From assembly GCA_043803945.1 (NCBI GenBank), contig JAZDJN010000116.1:1-21730 (forward strand): a DNA stretch of 21,730 bases, in the 5' to 3' direction. The stretch is from a bacterium (lineage in GTDB: Bacteria; Bacteroidota; Ignavibacteria; UBA10030). Below are positions 1-9,000 of the stretch, one piece after another. How positions within the stretch are numbered: position 1 is the stretch's first letter; each line of letters starts with the position of its first letter. A model generated the notes under the pieces. The model had not been told where the DNA came from. It saw nothing but the letters and a program-made list of their open reading frames with translations, and made no database searches. The translations under genes and the position numbers were made by a program.

Positions 1-3000
1 ACTCGTGATGCCAACGAGTGAGCTTAAGGCGTAGATGCCGTTTGTCTGATAGTTCACTCCCGGTCCGCTCTGGTAGGTTACAGTTGCTGGATATTCCTTT
101 CCTGCCTGTCCATCCCAGATCTTGAACTGGATGAGCTCGCCTTCGTTGAATCCATCCTTCAATGTCGTCGTCTGATCGTTATCGCCCCAAACAGCAATAG
201 CTGCATTTTGTCCTTCCTGCCAAATACTGTAACCGGCACAGACCAGATCGTTATCCCGCTGGAAGAAGACACCGATAGCATCACCGGTCTTGAGCGGAGA
301 TGTAGCAATCTTCGGATTGATTGCAAACGGAACTGCAATCGTGGCATTTTTTCCCGTTGACTGTGCAAAATTCCATGAAGCAGGAGGCGGGAGAGTAGAT
401 CGAATAAACATCTGAACCACAGGACCGTCAAAACTAGAGCATCCGATATAACAGGTATCGCCTGTGGGGCTGAATGCAATCCCCCGCGGGCGGTACTGTT
501 CTGTTCCGGAAATCATATTCCAGCCGAGAGTATCGACAATCTGTTTTGTAATTGGATCAAATGCGTACCAGGTCTGTTTAGTGTATGGCGGCACTGGTGG
601 ATTCATGTCTGATCCGGAACTAACCCAGAGATAGCCGGTTATCGGGTGTCGTGTCATTGACTCGATCGCAAGTCCATCAAACAGATTTTCCATCTTTGTG
701 TACGGACCTACTGCACCATTATCGCTGTGATATCTTATCAGCGCTTTGGTGTACTGATACTCAGGCCAGAACACGTCTTTACCATCCCTTGTCACTCCAA
801 TTGATCTTGAGTAGCCGGTTGTTGCCGTCTCAACATTGCCCAGTGCAGTGAATCCTGAATTGAATACCTGAATAGAATACCCTGGCGTAACTTTTCCAAT
901 AAAAATATTTCCAGATATATCTGCCGCGGCGGCAGTTAACGTTACATTCGATTGCGGAGTTACTTTATTCAGTCCCTGTCCGGTCTTATAATCGATCCGA
1001 TATAACACAATCGATGATGAATAGAGGATGTTTCCTTGATGATCTGTTGTAAGCCCGCGGCTTGAGTTATAGAGCGTATCAGTAACCCCACCGACAGTAA
1101 TCATCTTGATAGGAGAGAACGGTGCTTGAGTACCGTTCGGGTAGAAGACATAGAGTACGCGAGTTTTAAGATATACCGATCCGACAAGTATGCTATCGGA
1201 CGCGCCATACGGACTAACCCAGACTTTGCCTTCCGGATCGACAGCAAGGCCTTGAATACCGAGTGAGCCGGTGGTTGAATTGAAAAATGTCTTGATAAAT
1301 TGCCACGTCCTCGAAACCGGAGGCGGCAGGATATTCTGTGTTGTAAAGCTATAGATTGTCGACCACCCACTTGCTCCCGCGCTATTTACGGCACTTACTC
1401 TCCAATAATATGCTGTGTTTCCTGCTGGAGTAATTAACAAAGAAGTTGATGTCAGATTCGCCTGATCATAAAGAATTGTTGAAAAATCCTGAGTACTGGA
1501 GATTTGAATTCGATATGATTGCGCACCGATTGATGCATTCCAGGTTAAATTGAACGGAATGAGAACACCGGTTGAAGCATTTGCAGGAGCAAGTAATGCT
1601 GGTGGAGCCGGAATGCCCGACGCCCTTGCATAACTCATGTTTTCGAATCCCGTTGAATCAACCGCCCCGACGCGGTACACATAGATTGTCCCTTCCGTTA
1701 CTCCCGTGTTTTCATACGTTGTTTGAGTTGTCGAATCGATCAGCGAGACATTGATTGAATCGGAGCCACGGTAGATTCTGTACTTGAACAGACCAATACC
1801 GCCGCCTGCATCCTGCCAGGAGAGATTAACAGTTGTGCCGCTTGTCGATGCGGTAAGGTTTTGCGGAGCCAGATGTAAGTTGAACTGCTGCGGCGTGCGG
1901 GCGATATTGGAGATGCGAATTTCATCGATAATGCCAGGAAAAATATATGGAGAATTCTGAAACCCTATTAACACTCCCCACGAAATCATCTTTACACCTT
2001 GAGAATAAGTCTGTGAAGCGAGTTGTCGACCGTTAAGATACAGCGTACCAACCCGATTGCCAAAGGTTCCTGCAAGATGATACCATTTATTCATGGAGAG
2101 GGCTGCGGCGTTTGAACTCAATCCACCACCAATTGAACCATCGGAAAGCGTCAAACCAAACATCACACTCAAGTCTGGATTGACATGCAAACGGGCTCCA
2201 GCCGCACAGAGAAAAGTCCAGACACCTGCTGGTGCGGCTGAAAGCTTCACCCACGCCTCAATTGTAAAGTGTTCCCCAAGGCCGGCAGGTATAAAAGATT
2301 GTACATAAATGCCATTGCTGGTCGCAGGCAAATAGCCATTTCCCATCTTGGCAGGTACGAGAGAGCCAAAGCCAAACGTTCCATTATTGCCATAGCCGCT
2401 CGCATCCATCACCGTTGGACCGCTTGCTTCATTCATATGCAGCAAGAATACAGTATTCGCATCCGGTTTGTACTCACCGGCAAGTGTCATGGGTCCTTCA
2501 GGCATAATGAGTCCGGGCCAACTCTGTTTCCTTGTCGGAAACCAATTGAGATCTCCCGCCGGAAATCCACCGGTCCCGCCAGCGTATGCTGTCGATACCG
2601 TCGAATACGAACAATTGAGCGAATCCCGCAGCCATGTATATCCTTTCCGATCGTAATCGTTCGGGTCGCTTGCACTACCATACACCCATGCACCCGGAGT
2701 ATTCTTCGACTTGTTCCCGCCAGTCGGATCTCTGTACCACCGCATCTCCTGTGTCATCAACGCAGGGACTTTGTTTAAGGTGACAGGAATTTTCTTGAAT
2801 GCATTCACTGAATCTGCACCAAGCTTACTGTTAATATGCCACGTCAACGGTGCGCCTTCACCCGTGACACCTGCAGAGGCAAACTGGTTGAAGAATGCCT
2901 GACCAGAATCAGAGATGCCATAGTAGTTGTTGGCAATGGTCCAGAGCGTTGTGGATGTGGGATACGAGAAAATCCAACTCATCCGGGGATTACCAGATTG

Positions 3001-6000
3001 ATCCAATTCACCGCTCGGAATATATTCTGCCTGGCGCGTTGGATCTGTATCATTCCCCAACGCAAATGCATCGAGAAAGAGATTATTGATGATGATGGCG
3101 TTACTCCCCAACGTTCCCAACGAAAGAAGCCCATGGAAAGACATACCATTGACGAGTGTGTTATGATCGAACAAGAAGTAACCAAGAACACCAGTGCTGC
3201 TTGCACCGCTGGCAGGATAGTGACGGACTATGCGATCTTGCCAATTCGTAAATGTGTTATTCACCAGAATTAGAGAATCACAAGGTGAATTACGCAAATC
3301 GATTGCTTTTCCTGCTCCAAGATTGGAGCGACCGAGATATCCCATATTGGCAAAAATTGTATTCGTTACTTTAATGACAGAGGCAGCACCATCTGTCCTG
3401 ATGTGATTGCCATTGGTATTCGACAGGATACAGCTATCGATTGTGATATTGAGGCCAGACATCGTTGAGGGGATGTTGATCAATGCCCCTTGCATATTCC
3501 ACCGATTGGTATCGACAAGCTCGTAGTAACCGGTGATTTCAAGATTCTTTAGTTCCAGATTTCCATTGAGCTGGAAAAGATTACCAGGCGGATTCCAAGG
3601 TGTTGAGCCTGCGTAAGCTGGAAAGAGCATAATAACCGGTTTCTTTGTTGTCGAGCTATCATTCGCTCTGAGTCTCAATGTCCAGTTACCACTGTTGATA
3701 AATACCGCGTTTGCAAGATACAATCCGCCACGCTGTAATTCATAGACGCGACTAGGCAGCTTTCCACTTGCCAGTGTGTCGTCGGCAATTTGCTGATTGA
3801 GATATTTTGCCGAAATGTTATATGGTGGAAGGCGAAGTACATTTCCTGGCTCTGTGAGTGTATGGTACTGATCAATTGCCAGGTTGGTGTAAATGTTGAC
3901 GTTGCCTTTGGGCCATCGTATGATGACAGTATCAACCGTCGCTGCACTTCCCAATCCAAAATGTGCCCAGAGGTCACCATTGGTTATTCCTCCAGCGCCT
4001 GCCTGGATATCACGCACCTGCCTCATGGCTCCCGTCACAATAGTGATTCGTGCCCCAATCCCTGCAGTGTTATTAAATATTCCCTTCGGTTTAATACCGA
4101 TCCAATGATTCGAATTGCCACTGTTATGAAGCGGTAGCTTTGACGGGCTTCCTGAATAAGAGACACCCTCATTGAAATAGAGGTCCAGCACACCGTCGGT
4201 ATCATAATCAACAAAGACAGCACTCCTGTAAGCACCTATGAAACCGGCACCAGTTTCACTTCCCACTTCGACGAATGTGCCATTGTCATTGCGATAAAGT
4301 TGTTGGATACCATTCGACTGAGCTCCGATCACTAAATCCAGATCACCATCGTTATCATAATCGCCCCAATAGGTACCACGTGAAGATGAAAATGCCGAGG
4401 CCAAGCCTACACTGCCGGCGATATCTGTAAACGTGCCGTTGCCATTATTTCTGAACAGTTTTGCCACACCATCGTTATCGCCGGTCCACGGTATAAGGAA
4501 GAGATCCATATCTCCGTCATTATCAAAGTCACCCCAGGAAGATGTAATCGCAGACCTTGCTTTTAATCCTGTTGCATTCGAGTCACTCAAAACTAGCTGT
4601 CCTCCCTGATTAAGTAGAAGCGCACATCCATAGTTTGGAGTTCTTATCGTCGGCATCCAGAGATCAAGGTCACCATCGTTGTCCACGTCCACCCAGGCTG
4701 GATTCCATGATTCTAAATTCGGAATAGACGGGGCGATTGTTGAGCCTGCCACTTCGGTAAACACGGCGCTGCCATTGTTACGAAGTATCCGAACAGGGAG
4801 TGCTAAAGCATTTGCACCTGCGAATGCAACATCAAGATCTCCATCCTTATCATAATCGCCCGCTGTGACCTGCCAGAGTGCAACTCCAGCATCGATAGTA
4901 GAAACGCCTGATTGTGCTGAAATATCCGTGAAGGAGGTAATATCATTTCTAAAGAGTCTCAAACCGCCATCGGTTATCAGTAGATCCAAATCTCCGTCAT
5001 TATCGAAATCTGCCCACACTGCACCAAATGCCGCTCTGTTATAAGGTCCTGCAATTCCCATTGAGACAGCAACATCGGTGAAGTGGCTCCCGCCGTCGTT
5101 TCGATACAAGACGTTGGGCTTGGCTTGACCGGGAATGAAGAGATCAAGGTCTCCATCGTTGTCATAATCTCCCCAAGCACAACCGAATTGGCCAAATGAA
5201 GTTGTGATACCAAGGTTATCATCGCTCGGCATGAAGAGCGCCGTTGACCTGTTGATCCTGAACATGTTGTCACTTACGTCATTCAATGTTCCATCAACAA
5301 CTTCGGAAATCCTGATACGGCATCGTGTGGAGAGTACGTTCGGTATTGTCCATGCAAACGATCCTGTTCCTCCCGGTGTGCTCGCTGTGATTTCACTCCA
5401 GGTGAGTCCGTTGTCGAGTGAATATTCAAGCCGTACATTGTCTACGGCACTGCTCGACCATGTGATATTTTGTTGTGTTCCGAATTTCCAATTATCCCAT
5501 CCATTCGGTGCCGTCAGTGTAAGAGATCGATTTCCGGTTGCTACGAAATTGGAACTCATTGCTTCAAATCCGGTCGAGTCTAAGGAAGAAACACGATAAT
5601 AGTAGACTGATCCAACAGGAACATTCAAATCGGCATACGCGGGAGAGGTTGTTGAATCGAAGAGTGCAAAGCTCCCCGGATGCCTGCCGCGATAGATTCG
5701 ATATTTCAGAAGTCCAACCAGTCCGCCTCCATCCTGCCATGTGAGATTGACAGTGGTACCGGAGATCTCGAGTGCAAGGTTTTGAGGAGGAAGATGTAAA
5801 TCAAATTCCTGCGGTGAACGCACTCTATTCGAGAGGCGCACCTCATCAATCAAGCCACTGTAGATATAGTTGCTCCCTCCTCCTCCGATGATGGTATTGG
5901 ATGAACTCGAAGAGGAAGGTGTTAATCCTGCCACATTTTTATTGAAGACCTGCACGCCGTTGATATACCCGATAATTCTTCCATTGGCATAATCATAAAT

Positions 6001-9000
6001 ACCGGCACAGTGAGTCCAAACGCCAAGAGAGATTGCTGTTTGTGAACTATCATATCGTAAATCTCCATTGGACATTCGCACGCCCATCATAAGTTTTCCT
6101 CCCGGGTTGATGGAGACAAACGATTCAAGTGATAACCCATTGAAGAATATATCGCCGGCTGTAGCTGTAAACCGATCGGCTTTGATCCATGCTTCAAATG
6201 TATACGTGGGTGCTGAGGCAGAGAGGAGAGGCTTACCCAGATCAATAACGTCGCTCGTTCCATTGAATGATCGCGCTTTATCAAACCTTCCATCTCCAAT
6301 TGTTGTGCCGTTAGCAGTGCCATAGTTGCCATGTCCGCTGGCATCATTGACGAACGATCCACCTGGTTCATTCATGTGCATCAAGAGGATGGTATTTGCA
6401 TCTGGTTTGTATTCACCTGCCAGTGTTGGCTGTGGTATGGTGCTCCGAACAAACATTTGAACCGCACCATTGTCGACATTGAAGCAGGCAACATAAGCCG
6501 TATCGCCAGTTTGGCTGAATGCAATTCCTCGGGGTCTCGCAGAGGATGACCCTGCGAATTGATCCCATCCAATGGAATCGATAATCTGTTTCGTTGTCAC
6601 GTTGTACCCGTACCATGTCTGAATAGGATACGGCAGGTTTGGAGGAAAAATATCATACCCCGTACTGAACCAGAGCAATCCCGTACTCTTTTGCCATGCC
6701 ATCGATTCAGTAACAAATCCGCTGATGCTATCGAGTTTTGTATACGGACCTGCTGCTCCATTATCGCTATGGTACTGATAGAGCTTCATATTGCTATACT
6801 CAGGCCAATAAACATCATTGCCATTTGCAGAAACAGCGATTGTGCGCGAAAAACCGGTTGATGCTCCAAAGACAGTTCCTGCAAAATTGAAATTCGTGTC
6901 ATAGATTCTCAACGGATTAGAGATGTTCACATGGCCGATAAAAATGTTTCCAGCGGCATCCCTGGCGACAGATGTCAGAGTCACACCTGCCTGGGGAATG
7001 ACCTTATTCATTCCCTCGCCGGTTTGATAATTAAAACGATAGAGTGCATCTCCGGAGGAATAGAGAATATTCCCATTCTGATCTGTTGTTAATCCTCGGC
7101 CACTATTATAGAGGGTATCGGTAATCGATGAGACAGTGATTGTCCGGATCGGCGAGAATCCGACAGATGAGCCATCTGGATTTAAAATATACAGGGCACG
7201 AATTTTCTTATAAACTCCACCCACGAATATACTGTCGGTTGCTCCATAGGGTGCAATCCACACTTTTCCCGAAGGATCGACTGCTATTCCATGGACACCC
7301 ATAGTATTCAAGGGAGTACTATAGAAAGTCTTTGCAAAATTCCACTGCAACGATACCGAAGGATTTATAATGAGCCGTGTCTTGAAATTTCGAACTTCAG
7401 ACCAGTTGCTGCCACCTACCGAATTGATCGCCTTCACTCTCCAGTAATAGGTAGTCAATGAGGCAAGTGTTGGCGTGTTCACCGAAGTCCCAGTGGTTGT
7501 CATATCCATCATCAGCGCAGCAAAGCCAGCATCGGTGGCGACCTGTACTTGATAGGAACCCGCACCAACAACCGTATTCCAGAAGAGAGACATTTGCACA
7601 GGCTGATCGATATATCCAGTTGAAGGGCTGGTTAATGTTGGAATTGCCGGTATGGTAAGATTGAGCGGTGTATCATTCCACCATTTCCAATAGAGCGTTG
7701 TGTCTTTTGGACTGGCCTTGGTGGGAATGGACCTCCAACTATCTGTGGCGACAACATTCGCATTGGGATCATCAGCATCGACGATAACAAATTTGTAAGA
7801 GATATTATCAACAAATTCTGAAACAGGAAAACGTATTGAGCCCGACCAGAAATTCGAACCATCATAAGGATTGCTGACATTCGGGCGAGGTGATTCTTTT
7901 CTCAGAATAAATGTCTTACCATAATAGCCTAGAGTATTACCTCCGCCACGCACACCCACTAACTGCCCTGCTTGCGTGAATCCTTTTACTTGCATATTGA
8001 CACGGAAGTATACATCGATTGAATCGGGCTGATCGACATACGGTTTCCAGTACTGTGGTTGCGGTGTGCGGCCATTAACAAATTCCAATGGCAAGGTTGT
8101 GTCTGCAGCACCAACAATAAGAACACGGTTATTCGTTGTAGGATTCACAACCTGGAGATCCGTCTCCCAACCATTGTTTTGTTGACCCGTTGGTAATGGA
8201 TTTGCGACATGAGTAAAATACTTATATTGAAGTGTATCACCCGGAGTCAGGAGGATCGTTTTTCTCCAGTAATCTCCTCCGATATTGGTCATGATACCTT
8301 GTGAGGTTTCATTCCAAGGACCGAGGTATAGGATATTCCCCCGGATTTGTATGAAGGAGTTCGGTTTCAGTGTATCCGGAACAGTTGAGGTGTTAGCGGT
8401 GAAAGTCACATTGACAGGACGTGGAGGAATAGTTGCTTTAAATACACCTCCACAGCTTGTCCCCGCGTACACGAATCCGCTTGTGTGGATGAGAAGGGAG
8501 AGTACATTGAGATTCGTCAAACCGTTATTGGTTTGTATCCAGGTTGCACCGTTATCGATAGAACGAAATACACCCCCACCACTCCCCGAATAAACGCACC
8601 AACTAGAATCGATCGCTAAAGCCCTAATGTCGGTATTTAATAACCCCGTGTTCACCTGGTTCCAACTACTGCCACTATTTGTTGAAAGGTATACACCGCT
8701 GCCAGCCGTCCCTGCAAAAATGGAATTGGGCCAATTAATTACAAGAGACCTCACCTGGGCAGGGAAGAACGTAGAGAGTTGGGTCCAGGTCACCCCATTG
8801 TCTGTCGAGCGAAATATGATCCCTCTAAAGCTCGGTGTGCCCTCGGTGGCCCCCGCAAATAGGTCGCCATTCCAATTAATTGCAAGTGTTCTAATTGCTT
8901 CGCCTGTTAAACCTGTGCCCACCTGTGTCCAATTAGCACCATTATCAGTCGATCGGAATATCGCTGAAGTATAATTCCCATTGAGGAACACCTGGCCGCC

